Assembly (NCBI GenBank): GCA_040767195.1
Contig: JAXGPA010000004.1
Coordinates: forward strand, 15,504 to 79,503
Length of the DNA: 64,000 bases
Source: Syntrophales bacterium
Lineage (GTDB): Bacteria; Desulfobacterota; Syntrophia; Syntrophales; UBA6807
Direction of reading: 5' to 3'
Part shown: piece after piece, positions 1 through 8,095 of the stretch
Layout of the letters: each line of letters opens with the position of its first letter
Numbering within the stretch: the stretch's first letter is position 1
Notes under the pieces: generated by a model
What the model was told of the DNA's origin: nothing
The model's input: only the letters and a program-made list of their open reading frames with translations
Databases searched by the model: none
Program-made: the position numbers and the translations under genes

Positions 1-402
1 CGTTTCCTCGCTCGTCCCCACGGCCTGAAAAACGGCGTAATCGTCTTTCATGAAAATCAGCTTGCCGTTGAAAAGCTCCATGGCCTTGAGAATATCGGCC
101 CGGCGCTCCTGGGGAAAATCCAGGCCCAGGAGGGCCACTTCCCGCTGCAGGGACCGGGACGGGGCGAGTTCCTCTACCTCGATGACGTCCACGAGCCTGT
201 CCAGCTGCTTCCGGACCTTGTCGGTGAAATTCGAGTTGGCCCGGCTCATGAGGGTGATCCGGGACGTGTCCGGGTCGAGGGTGGGCGCCACGCAGAGGCT
301 TTCGATGTTGTAACCGAGCCTTCCGAAAATCCCGGACACCCGGGAGAGAACGCCCGGCTTGTTCTGAACGAGGAGTGACAGGATGTGTTCTTCGCCATTC
401 AT
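1..402 (-). CDS. ilvN: Acetolactate synthase small (regulatory) subunit, partial; C-terminus lies beyond the window start
   Basis: Manual translation from ATG at 402 gives MNGEEHILSLLVQNKPGVLSRVSGIFGRLGYNIESLCVAPT..., the ACT-domain N-terminus typical of IlvN/IlvH. It sits downstream of ilvB on the same strand. Absent from the ORF track because it is open-ended. Confidence 0.85.
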   Translation of the reverse strand, partial: MNGEEHILSLLVQNKPGVLSRVSGIFGRLGYNIESLCVAPTLDPDTSRITLMSRANSNFTDKVRKQLDRLVDVIEVEELAPSRSLQREVALLGLDFPQERRADILKAMELFNGKLIFMKDDYAVFQAVGTSEET

Positions 403-573
403 TGTACTCGCGTCTCCTTTTGCTTGCTCATCGTCTTGTGATAGGGTCTTTTACCGCCCCCGCCATGGGGGGCGCGGCGACGCTTCGAAACCGGTGTTTC
501 CACCGGTACGGACCCGGGACCGGTCCGCTCCCGCCCGGAACCCAAGGCGGGGCGGCCCTTCGGGCCGCCGCCG

Positions 574-2250
574 TCAGTCCGATCTCCCGTAGATCATTTC
601 CATGTTCGATTTTCCGGGCGGGATAATGGGATAGACATAGTCCCCGGGAGGGACCATGACTTCCAGGAGATAGGGCCCGTCACTTGCGGCGAGGCGCTCG
701 ATGGCCCCCTCGGGCTTTTCCGCCCCGACCCGCTCCGCTTCCAGGCCGAAGCCCCGGGCCACGGCGACGATGTCCGTTTTTTCCCCGAGCTGGCAGGCGC
801 TGAGCCGGGACCCGTAAAAAAGGTCCTGGATCTGGCGGATCATCCCCAGGTGGCCATTGTTGAAGACGATGATCTTGACGGGCACCTGGTAATAGCTGAT
901 GGTGGCCAGCTCCTGGATGTTCATGAAAAACCCGCCGTCGCCGGTGAAAGACACGACGTTCCGCTTCGGGTTTCCCACCTTGGCCCCGATGGAGGCGGGA
1001 AGGCTGAAGCCCATGGTCCCCATGCCGCCGCTGGTGAGGAGCCCCCGGGGGGACTTCGATTTCCAGGACCGGACCGTCCAGATCTGGTTCAGTCCCACGT
1101 CGGCGACGGCGATGGCCGTCGGGGACAGGGCCTCCTGGACCAGGCCGATGAGCCGCCCGGGCAGGCCGCAGCCGTTGTAGCTGTTCTTCGCCTCCAGGGA
1201 CTCCCGCTCCTTCTGGATCCTGTCTTTCCAGTCGCCCCTTTCCTTTTCGTCGACGAGGCCGATGAGCCCGGAAAGGGCTTTCCGGATGTCGCAGACGAGA
1301 GCCAGGTCCGCCTTGATGTTCTTGCCGATGGACGTGGGGTCGATGTCGATCTGGGCGATCGTCGCCAGGGGAGCGAACTCCTCCACCTTGGAGGTGCTCC
1401 GGTCGGTGAAACGGGTCCCCACGGCGAGGATGAAGTCGGACTGGTGGATCATCCGGTTGGCCAGTTCGAACCCATGGGTGCCGATGAATCCCAGGTTGAG
1501 GCCGTTGGCGATGCACACGGCTCCCACGCCCATCATGGTGCTCACGAAGGGGATGTTCCCCCGTTCGATGAGTTCCGTGATGAGCTGGCAGGCACCGCTG
1601 AGCTTGACGCCCCCGCCGATGATGAGGATGGGCCTTTCCGCCTGGTTCAGGGCCTGGGCGATGCGGTTCAGGATGCCTTCGTCCAGGGCGTGGCCGTTCC
1701 CCGTCTTCTTCATGGCCGGTTCCTCCGGCCTGATTTCCGCCTCGGGGCAGCGGCCCGCCAGGACATTCCGCGGAAGGTCCACGAGGACCGGCCCCGGCCG
1801 GCCCTGCTTGGCCAGGGAAAAAGCCTGCTTGAGGGTCGTCCGCATGTCCCTGGGGTCCCGGACAAGGAAGCTGTGCTTCGTGATGGGCATGGTGATCCCG
1901 ATGATGTCCGTCTCCTGGAAGGCGTCGGTCCCCAGGAGGTCCGTGGGAACCTGGCCCGTGAGGGCCACCACGGGGGAGGAGTCCATGTAGGCCGTGGCGA
2001 TCCCCGTGACGAGGTTCGTCGCCCCCGGCCCCGAGGTAGCCAGGCAGACCCCCACCTTTCCCGTGGCCCGGGCGTAACCGTCGGCGGCATGGGCGGCGGC
2101 CTGCTCGTGACGCATCAGGTAATGCCGGATCGTGTGGTCGATGAGTCCGTCATGAATGGGCAGGGTATTTGCCCCGGGATAGCCGAAGATGGCGTCCACC
2201 CCTTCTTCCTTCAACGTCTCCAGAAGGATCTGTGCACCGTTTCTTTCCAT
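574..2250 (-). CDS. ilvB: Acetolactate synthase large (catalytic) subunit
   Basis: ORF 574..2301. The N-terminus MERNGAQILLETLKEEGVD and the TPP motif GDGGFFMN are typical. I place the start at ATG 2250 (GGAGAA SD upstream) because the 2301 start would overlap a terminator hairpin. Confidence 0.93.
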   Translation of the reverse strand: MERNGAQILLETLKEEGVDAIFGYPGANTLPIHDGLIDHTIRHYLMRHEQAAAHAADGYARATGKVGVCLATSGPGATNLVTGIATAYMDSSPVVALTGQVPTDLLGTDAFQETDIIGITMPITKHSFLVRDPRDMRTTLKQAFSLAKQGRPGPVLVDLPRNVLAGRCPEAEIRPEEPAMKKTGNGHALDEGILNRIAQALNQAERPILIIGGGVKLSGACQLITELIERGNIPFVSTMMGVGAVCIANGLNLGFIGTHGFELANRMIHQSDFILAVGTRFTDRSTSKVEEFAPLATIAQIDIDPTSIGKNIKADLALVCDIRKALSGLIGLVDEKERGDWKDRIQKERESLEAKNSYNGCGLPGRLIGLVQEALSPTAIAVADVGLNQIWTVRSWKSKSPRGLLTSGGMGTMGFSLPASIGAKVGNPKRNVVSFTGDGGFFMNIQELATISYYQVPVKIIVFNNGHLGMIRQIQDLFYGSRLSACQLGEKTDIVAVARGFGLEAERVGAEKPEGAIERLAASDGPYLLEVMVPPGDYVYPIIPPGKSNMEMIYGRSD

Positions 2251-2281
2251 GTGTCTTCTCCTGTTTTTTGTATCCGCAATT

Positions 2282-2317
2282 AAAAAAGCCGCATCTTTCA
2301 TCGAGGTGCGGCTTTTT
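2282..2317 (-). terminator. Intrinsic terminator T2 (A/U-flanked, bidirectional-looking hairpin) between the leader ORF and ilvB
   Basis: AAAAAGCCGCA (2283-2293) pairs with TGCGGCTTTTT (2307-2317). A U-run follows on the minus strand. Confidence 0.55.
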
Positions 2318-2324
2318 CCGAAAT

Positions 2325-2356
2325 AAAAAAGCCGCGGGCCTTTCGGGGCCCGCGGC
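2325..2356 (-). terminator. Intrinsic terminator T1, the attenuator terminator of the ilvBN leader
   Basis: A 10-bp GC stem (GCCGCGGGCC 2331-2340 with GGCCCGCGGC 2347-2356) is followed on the minus strand by UUUUUU (2330-2325). Confidence 0.6.
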
Positions 2357-2377
2357 TCCTTTTCGATCTAACGTTTT

Positions 2378-2464
2378 CTAAGGCAGAGCAGCGGTCCCCG
2401 TCTTTACGACGACTACGACTACAGCCACGGCTACCGTGCTTGCCAGGGAATGTCTGTCAGCCAT
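2378..2464 (-). CDS. ilvBN leader peptide, 28 aa: MADRHSLASTVAVAVVVVVVKTGTAALP
   Basis: Manual translation of the minus strand. An AGGTG SD lies 5 nt upstream of the ATG. There are 8 Val in 10 residues, 6 of them consecutive. Tandem terminators follow, then ilvB. Confidence 0.65.
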   Translation of the reverse strand: MADRHSLASTVAVAVVVVVVKTGTAALP

Positions 2465-2538
2465 TTTCACACCTGCCGGCGTTGGGAAACCCTTTCGAGG
2501 CCTTCCCGCCTGCCTCCCGTGTAATCTTGTGAGGGAAA

Positions 2539-2567
2539 TCACTACAGGACTTCTTTTTTTCTGTCAA
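2539..2567 (-). promoter_or_regulatory. Candidate sigma70-type promoter for the ilv leader transcript
   Basis: Minus strand reads TTGACA (2567-2562), a 17-nt spacer, then TAGTGA (2544-2539). An A/T-rich tract lies upstream. Confidence 0.35.
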
Positions 2568-2713
2568 GAAAAAAATGTCCGTCCCCCGGAAAAATTTCCC
2601 GGAACCATTCCGGGGTGATTTTCGGTCTCGAAAACGGCACCTCATGGGATCCCGATTCTAACCGGGGAACCTGTGACCGTCACCGGGGATTTTACGTTTC
2701 AAGAAACAGGGCC

Positions 2714-5185
2714 TCACAAGGGCGATTCGTCCGGCGTATCGTCCTCATCCTCTTCAGGTGAGAGGTCTTCCGCCCTGTTCATGTCGAGCCGGAAAAAGCT
2801 TCTTTTCCCTTCACGGTCCACGTCGGCGTACGCCGTGGGCTCCGTCCCTTCCAGGTAGCACGCGAAAACCCCGCTCTCCGAGGCCGGCGGCGCCAGGAGC
2901 CCCGTCTTGGGGTCGATCTTCACGAACACCAAGCCGGGCGGGGGGGAAAAGGATTCGACGGGACGGCCTTCCAGGACTTTTTCCATGAAATAGAGAAATA
3001 CGGGGCTCGCCGCCCTCGACCCGGTCTCGTACTTCCCCAGGGGCTTCAGATCGTCGAAACCCACCCAGACACCGGCGACGAGGGAGGGGGTGAACCCGAC
3101 GAACCAGGCGTCGTTCAGGTCATTCGTCGTGCCCGTTTTTCCGGCCACGGGCCGGCCCAGGGCCCGGACGCGCCAGCCTGTTCCCCGATCCACCACGTCC
3201 TGCAGGATGTGGGTGGTCACGTAAGCGATCCGCGGGTCCATGACCTGCTCCGCCTCGGGTCCGTTTTCCTCGAAAACATGGCCCGTCCGGTCGACGATTT
3301 TCCGGATCATGAAGGGTTTGACACGCTTCCCGTAGTTGGCCAGTACGCCGAAGCCCCGGACCATTTCCTCCAGGGTCACCCCGGAGCTGCCGAGGGCCAT
3401 GGAAAGATCCCTGGCGAGGGGAGACTGAATGCCCATGTTGGCCACGTAATCGGCGGCGTAATCGATGCCGATGTCCTTCAGGACCTTGATGGTGACGAGA
3501 TTTCGCGACCGGATGAGGGCCGTCCGGAGCGTCGTGGGACCGTAAAATTTTTCCTCGTAGTTGCGGGGTTTCCAGGTGCTGTCACGGAGGATGTCCCGGA
3601 AGATGATGGGCGTGTCCATGACGACGGTCGAGGGGGTGAGCCCGTTGTCGAAAGCGGCGGCGTAAATGAAGGGCTTGAAAGCCGACCCCGGCTGCCGCCT
3701 CGACTGGGTGGCCCGGTTGAACTCGCTTCTCCGGTAATCCCGCCCGCCCACGAGGGCCTTGATCTCCCCCGTCTCGGCGGACATGGCGAGAAGCGCCCCC
3801 TGGACTTCCGGTTCCTGCTCCAGGGCCACGGTGAACCGCGCTTTCCCGTCCTCTCCTACTTCCATGGAAAGGAGTCGGACCAGGATGACGTCACCTTCCT
3901 GGAGGACGTCCCCGGGGTCCCGGACCGTCGCCTGGCCGGACGCCACGGTGGGATCGGGCCTGCGCGCCCAGGCCATGTTTTTCAAGGGAAGGGTCCCCTC
4001 ACATCGCCCGATCCGGACGGCAACCCGTTTTTCCCGGGAGTCGACGACGGTCACCAGTCCCCGGATCACATCCAGGCCGGCGGGAATCCCCTGGGAGAAA
4101 TCGTCGGGAAGGTTCTCGTCCAAAGCGGCGAGAAAGGCCTCGTATTCTTCCGGTTTCAGTTTCCCCAGGGGGCCCCGGTACCCCTGCCTCTTGTCGAGTT
4201 CCCGCAACCCTCTCGCCACGGCGTCCCGGGCCGCTCCCTGCATGGCCGGGTCGAGGGTCGTGTACACCTCCAGGCCTTCCCGGTACAGAACCTCGCTTCC
4301 GTACTTTTCCTGGACATACCGCCGGACGAGTTCCGTGAAATAGGGAGCCAGCTTTTCCTTTTCCCGCGTTTTTCTGAGGACGACCCCGGCCGCCAGGGCC
4401 TCATCCCTCTCCGCCCCGGTAATGAATCCCTCTACGGCCATGCGGTTCAGGACGTATTCCATCCGGTTTCGGGCCCTTTCGGGGTGCAGGTACGGGGAAT
4501 ATCGGCTCGGCGCTTTCGGGAGACCGGCCAGGAGGGCCGACTCGCCCAGGGTCAATTCCCGGGCCTTCTTGCCGAAGTACCGCTCCGCCGCCGCCTCGAC
4601 ACCATAGGTTCCGTGGCCGAGATAGATCTGGTTGAGGTACAGGTGGAGAATTTCGTACTTGGTCAGGTAACGGTCGATCCGCCAGGCGAGAACGGCTTCC
4701 TTGAGTTTCCTGAGGTAACTTCTCTCGGGCGTCAGGAAGAGGGATTTGGCCACCTGCTGGGTGATGGTGCTGCCGCCCTGAACGATGGACCCCGCTTCGA
4801 GGTTCTTGAGAAATGCCCGGGCGATGCTCTGGACGTCCACCCCGCCGTGGCGGAAGAAACGGGAGTCCTCGGCGGCCACGAAGGCCTGGATCACCGAGCG
4901 GGGAAGCTCGGTGATGTCGATTACCTTGCGGTCTTCCAGGAAGAACTCGTCGATGAGTTCGTTCCCCTCGCCGTAAACCCGGGTGATGATGCTCGGCCGG
5001 TAATCCTTCAGGGAAGAAATGCTCGGCAACCCCTGGACGATGTAGTAAAAAAAGCCCCCCGCCAGGGCGGCGCCGGCCAGGGCCAGGAGAAAAAAGGCCA
5101 CGAGAATCCTGGCAAGGACCCCTCCCCTCTCCCCGGGGAACCCCTTCCTTCCCCTTTCCTTAAGGGTGTCATTCCCGTGAATCAT
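2714..5185 (-). CDS. mrcA: Penicillin-binding protein 1A (bifunctional transglycosylase/transpeptidase)
   Basis: Glycosyltransferase motifs EDSRFFRHGG and GGSTITQQ are present, as are transpeptidase motifs SAFKP, SRN and KTGT. An N-terminal TM helix is present. Start set at ATG 5185 (MIHGNDTLKER...). The upstream 68 K/R-rich codons of the ORF overlap the tatC tail in another frame. Confidence 0.9.
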   Translation of the reverse strand: MIHGNDTLKERGRKGFPGERGGVLARILVAFFLLALAGAALAGGFFYYIVQGLPSISSLKDYRPSIITRVYGEGNELIDEFFLEDRKVIDITELPRSVIQAFVAAEDSRFFRHGGVDVQSIARAFLKNLEAGSIVQGGSTITQQVAKSLFLTPERSYLRKLKEAVLAWRIDRYLTKYEILHLYLNQIYLGHGTYGVEAAAERYFGKKARELTLGESALLAGLPKAPSRYSPYLHPERARNRMEYVLNRMAVEGFITGAERDEALAAGVVLRKTREKEKLAPYFTELVRRYVQEKYGSEVLYREGLEVYTTLDPAMQGAARDAVARGLRELDKRQGYRGPLGKLKPEEYEAFLAALDENLPDDFSQGIPAGLDVIRGLVTVVDSREKRVAVRIGRCEGTLPLKNMAWARRPDPTVASGQATVRDPGDVLQEGDVILVRLLSMEVGEDGKARFTVALEQEPEVQGALLAMSAETGEIKALVGGRDYRRSEFNRATQSRRQPGSAFKPFIYAAAFDNGLTPSTVVMDTPIIFRDILRDSTWKPRNYEEKFYGPTTLRTALIRSRNLVTIKVLKDIGIDYAADYVANMGIQSPLARDLSMALGSSGVTLEEMVRGFGVLANYGKRVKPFMIRKIVDRTGHVFEENGPEAEQVMDPRIAYVTTHILQDVVDRGTGWRVRALGRPVAGKTGTTNDLNDAWFVGFTPSLVAGVWVGFDDLKPLGKYETGSRAASPVFLYFMEKVLEGRPVESFSPPPGLVFVKIDPKTGLLAPPASESGVFACYLEGTEPTAYADVDREGKRSFFRLDMNRAEDLSPEEDEDDTPDESPL

Positions 5186-6071
5186 CCGATTCCGCCGCTT
5201 TCTCCGCCGTTCCGGTCTTTTCCGCCTCCCCCTGCCCTTCTTCCCCTTCCGTCTTCTTTTCCTCCTGTTCCGGTGCCGCCTCTTCCCCCGGTTCCCCCCC
5301 GGGGCGCTCCGGCGCGGCCTCTTCCGGTGAGCCGGCCTCTTCCTCTTTTTTCCCCTCGGCTTTCCGGACGATCCAGACGCTGATTTCAAATAGGATCACG
5401 ATGGGGATCGCCATGAGAACCTGGGTAACCACGTCGGGCGGGGTCAGGATGGCGGCACCGATGAAGGCCAGGAGGATGGCGTATTTCCTGTTCCTGACAA
5501 GCTTGCGCGAGTCGACGAGACCGATCTTGGCCAGGAAGAACATGAAGATGGGAAGCTCGAAGACGATTCCGAAGGCCAGGAGGACTTTCATGGAAAAGGA
5601 CAGAAACTCCCGCAGCGACAGCATGGGCCGGATGAACTCGGTGCCGAAGGCCAGAAAAAAGCGGAACCCGAAGGGAAAAACGACGAAGTAGGCGAATATG
5701 GCCCCCCCGACGAAGAAGGCCGTCGAGAAAATGACGAAGGGGATCATGTAGCGCTTCTCTTTTTCATAGAGCCCCGGGGAGATGAATTTCCACACCTGGT
5801 AAAGGATGTAGGGGCTGGAAACGAAAATGGCGGCGAAGAAGGAAACCTTCAGGTAGGTGAAAAAGGCCTCGGGAAGGCTCGTGAAGATCATGGACCCCTT
5901 GTCGGGAAGGATGTCCTTCAGGGGGAGGGTGAGAATCCCGAAAAGCCTTTCCTTGAAAAAATAACAGCCGACGAAGGAAACGGCGACGGCGGTGAAAATC
6001 CGGATCAGCCGGGTCCTCAGTTCCTCCAGGTGAGAGGTGAACGGCATCTTTTCATTGTCGGGGTCTGTCAT
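5169..6071 (-). CDS. tatC: Sec-independent protein translocase TatC with a ~60-aa acidic E/G/A-rich C-terminal tail
   Basis: The sequence FTSHLEELRTRLIRI followed by six TM segments is typical of TatC. The start is ambiguous: GTG 6080, ATG 6071 or ATG 6047. Confidence 0.9.
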   Translation of the reverse strand: MTDPDNEKMPFTSHLEELRTRLIRIFTAVAVSFVGCYFFKERLFGILTLPLKDILPDKGSMIFTSLPEAFFTYLKVSFFAAIFVSSPYILYQVWKFISPGLYEKEKRYMIPFVIFSTAFFVGGAIFAYFVVFPFGFRFFLAFGTEFIRPMLSLREFLSFSMKVLLAFGIVFELPIFMFFLAKIGLVDSRKLVRNRKYAILLAFIGAAILTPPDVVTQVLMAIPIVILFEISVWIVRKAEGKKEEEAGSPEEAAPERPGGEPGEEAAPEQEEKKTEGEEGQGEAEKTGTAEKAAESDDSRE

Positions 6072-6134
6072 GTTTCGCACGGAACAAAGGGGCTGGGTTC
6101 GATTCCGGGGAGCCGGGAGAGAATGCCCGATGCC

Positions 6135-6401
6135 CTATTTTTTCTCCTCTTTCCCCGGGTCTTGAGCGGATTGAGGGGGTTTCGCCGGCTTTCCGTCGGA
6201 CAGGATGGAACTTTTCAGGTTCCGGGCCTCGTCTCGAAGGTCGTCGACCTTCAGCGTGTCCTTGACGTCATCGGTGGCCTTCCGGAACTCGGCGAGCCCC
6301 CGGCCCAGGGACCTGGCCAGATCGGGAAGGTTCTTGGGCCCGATGACGATGAGTGCCACGATCAGGATGATGATGAGTTCGGGCATGCCGATGCCGAACA
6401 T
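6135..6401 (-). CDS. tatA: Sec-independent translocase TatA/E family protein (88 aa)
   Basis: C-terminal part of ORF 6135..7751. MFGIGMPELIIILIVALIVIGPKNLPDLARSLG is the TatA signature. Confidence 0.9.
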   Translation of the reverse strand: MFGIGMPELIIILIVALIVIGPKNLPDLARSLGRGLAEFRKATDDVKDTLKVDDLRDEARNLKSSILSDGKPAKPPQSAQDPGKEEKK

Positions 6402-6436
6402 GGGTTCACCTTCGTTTTCGGTTTGAGACCAAACAA

Positions 6437-6464
6437 TATATATGCCAATGCCATTCATTGTCAA
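6437..6464 (-). promoter_or_regulatory. Candidate sigma70 promoter for tatA-tatC-mrcA
   Basis: Minus strand reads TTGACA (6464-6459), a 16-nt spacer, then TATATA (6442-6437), about 35 nt upstream of the tatA ATG. Confidence 0.45.
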
Positions 6465-6557
6465 CGCATTTTGATTGTTTGCAATTTCGCCTGTTCTGTG
6501 GTAGTTCTTTCCCCGTCGGAAGAGGCATCCGAACCCCTTGCAAAAAGTGAAAAATCC

Positions 6558-7616
6558 ATGAAAACAGGAATCGTCAGGGACCTCCGTTATCTCGATCACG
6601 TCATGGACCCCTTTCACCCCGAGTCCCCCGAGCGGCTTGTTTCCCTGTATGACATGCTCGACGAGCGGGACATGAGGGGCCAATACGTTCCTGTCGAAAC
6701 CCGCCTCGCCTCCCACGACGAGATTTCCATGGTCCACGCCCGGCACTACATCGATCTCGTGGCGGCCACGGCAGGAAAGGTCCACACCTATCTCGACCCC
6801 GACACCTCCACCTGTCCCGACTCCTACGAGACGGCCCTCCTCGCCGCCGGCGGGATGATGAACGCCGTGGACGCCGTCATGGAGGGGACCGCGAGAAACG
6901 CCTTCGCCCTGGTGCGCCCGCCGGGGCACCACGCCGAGGCGGGACGGGCGGCGGGTTTCTGCATCTTCAACAACGTGGCCATCGGCGCGTGCCATGCCAT
7001 GAAAAAATACGGCTTGCGAAGGATCCTCATCGTGGACTGGGACCTCCACCATGGAAACGGGACCCAGCGCACCTTTTACGACGACAGGCGGGTTCTTTAC
7101 TTCTCCACCCACCAGTACCCCTTCTACCCGGGCACGGGAAGCCTCAACGAGATTGGGCGGGGCGAAGGGCTGGGATACACGGTCAACGTCCCCCTCCGGC
7201 GGGGACCGGGAGACGGCGAGTTCGTCAGGATCTTCCGAAAAATACTGGAACCGGTGGCGTCGGCCTACGAGCCCGAACTGGTCCTTCTGTCCGCCGGCTT
7301 CGACATCCACTTCCAGGATCCCCTGGGAGGGATGAATGTCCGCCCCTCGGGATTCGCCGCCCTGGCCCGCGTCCTCATGAACATCGCCGACCGCCACTGC
7401 CGGGGGCGGTTCGCCGTGACCCTCGAGGGGGGTTACCACATCGATGGGATGACCCAGTCCGTCAAGGCGGTCCTCCGGGAGATGAAAGACGAAACGGTCA
7501 AGCCGGAAGCGGTCCTGGCAGAACTGGAGAACAAGGCCGACCCGTCCATCGACAAGATCATCCACGGGGTGATCCAGCAGATCAAGCCGGTCTGGAACGT
7601 CTTCCACGGGAGTTGA
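6558..7616 (+). CDS. Histone deacetylase-family amidohydrolase (AcuC/HDAH-like)
   Basis: Motifs RPPGHHAE and DWDLHHGNGTQ are present. Start at ATG 6558 (MKTGIVRDLRY), inside ORF 6030..7616. Confidence 0.85.
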   Translation: MKTGIVRDLRYLDHVMDPFHPESPERLVSLYDMLDERDMRGQYVPVETRLASHDEISMVHARHYIDLVAATAGKVHTYLDPDTSTCPDSYETALLAAGGMMNAVDAVMEGTARNAFALVRPPGHHAEAGRAAGFCIFNNVAIGACHAMKKYGLRRILIVDWDLHHGNGTQRTFYDDRRVLYFSTHQYPFYPGTGSLNEIGRGEGLGYTVNVPLRRGPGDGEFVRIFRKILEPVASAYEPELVLLSAGFDIHFQDPLGGMNVRPSGFAALARVLMNIADRHCRGRFAVTLEGGYHIDGMTQSVKAVLREMKDETVKPEAVLAELENKADPSIDKIIHGVIQQIKPVWNVFHGS

Positions 7617-7799
7617 GAAGCACCGCTTCGGGGGAAATGACCTCCCGTCAATTGTTCGGGCGCCTGCGTGGTAAGCCCCGCGGCGCGGCACCCGAATCGC
7701 GAAATACAAAAGGGCCCGGCACGCCGCCCCATGATGAGGGGAAAGGGCCAAGCCTCACCGGGCTTGCGTGAAAAAACCGTTTTCATGAAGGAGAACCCT

Positions 7800-8087
7800 G
7801 TGAAAATAACCAAGGATCAGGTCGAATACGTGGCCCATCTCGCCCGCCTCGAATTCGACGAGTCGGAGAAGGAAAAGTTCACGTCTCAGCTGAACGACAT
7901 CCTCATGTACATGGATATCTTGAACCGCCTCGACACGGCCGGCGTGGAACCCATGTCCCACGCCACCCAGCTCGCCAATGCCTTCCGGGAGGACCGGGTC
8001 CTGCCCTCCATCGGCGTCGAAGAGGCGATGAAGAACGCCCCTGACGAAGCCCGGGAAAGCTTCCGGGTTCCCAAGGTCATTGAATAG
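7800..8087 (+). CDS. gatC: Asp/Glu-tRNA amidotransferase subunit C
   Basis: (V)[26 protein letters not shown] is a typical GatC sequence. GTG 7800 is preceded by AAGGAG at 6 nt. The alternative ATG 7785 has no SD. Confidence 0.85.
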   Translation: MKITKDQVEYVAHLARLEFDESEKEKFTSQLNDILMYMDILNRLDTAGVEPMSHATQLANAFREDRVLPSIGVEEAMKNAPDEARESFRVPKVIE

Positions 8088-8095
8088 AGGACTAT

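Noticed and set aside
2251-2301. The upstream start of ilvB at 2301 given by the ORF track (MKDAAFLIADTKNRRRH…).
   Set aside because: The extension would be translated through terminator hairpin T2 and has no SD. ATG 2250 has a GGAGAA SD and yields the canonical N-terminus.
5186-5389. A 68-aa extremely K/R-rich N-terminal extension of the PBP1A ORF.
   Set aside because: It is the purine-rich DNA encoding the acidic TatC tail, read in another frame. The ATG at 5185 gives a normal short cytoplasmic N-terminus followed by the TM anchor.
6093-6117. The tRNA T-loop-like word GGTTCGATTCC with flanking partial stem, in the tatA-tatC spacer.
   Set aside because: The T-stem has a G-G mismatch. No complementary 5' acceptor strand, D-arm or anticodon arm lies at tRNA-compatible distances. 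The region also overlaps the tatC start.
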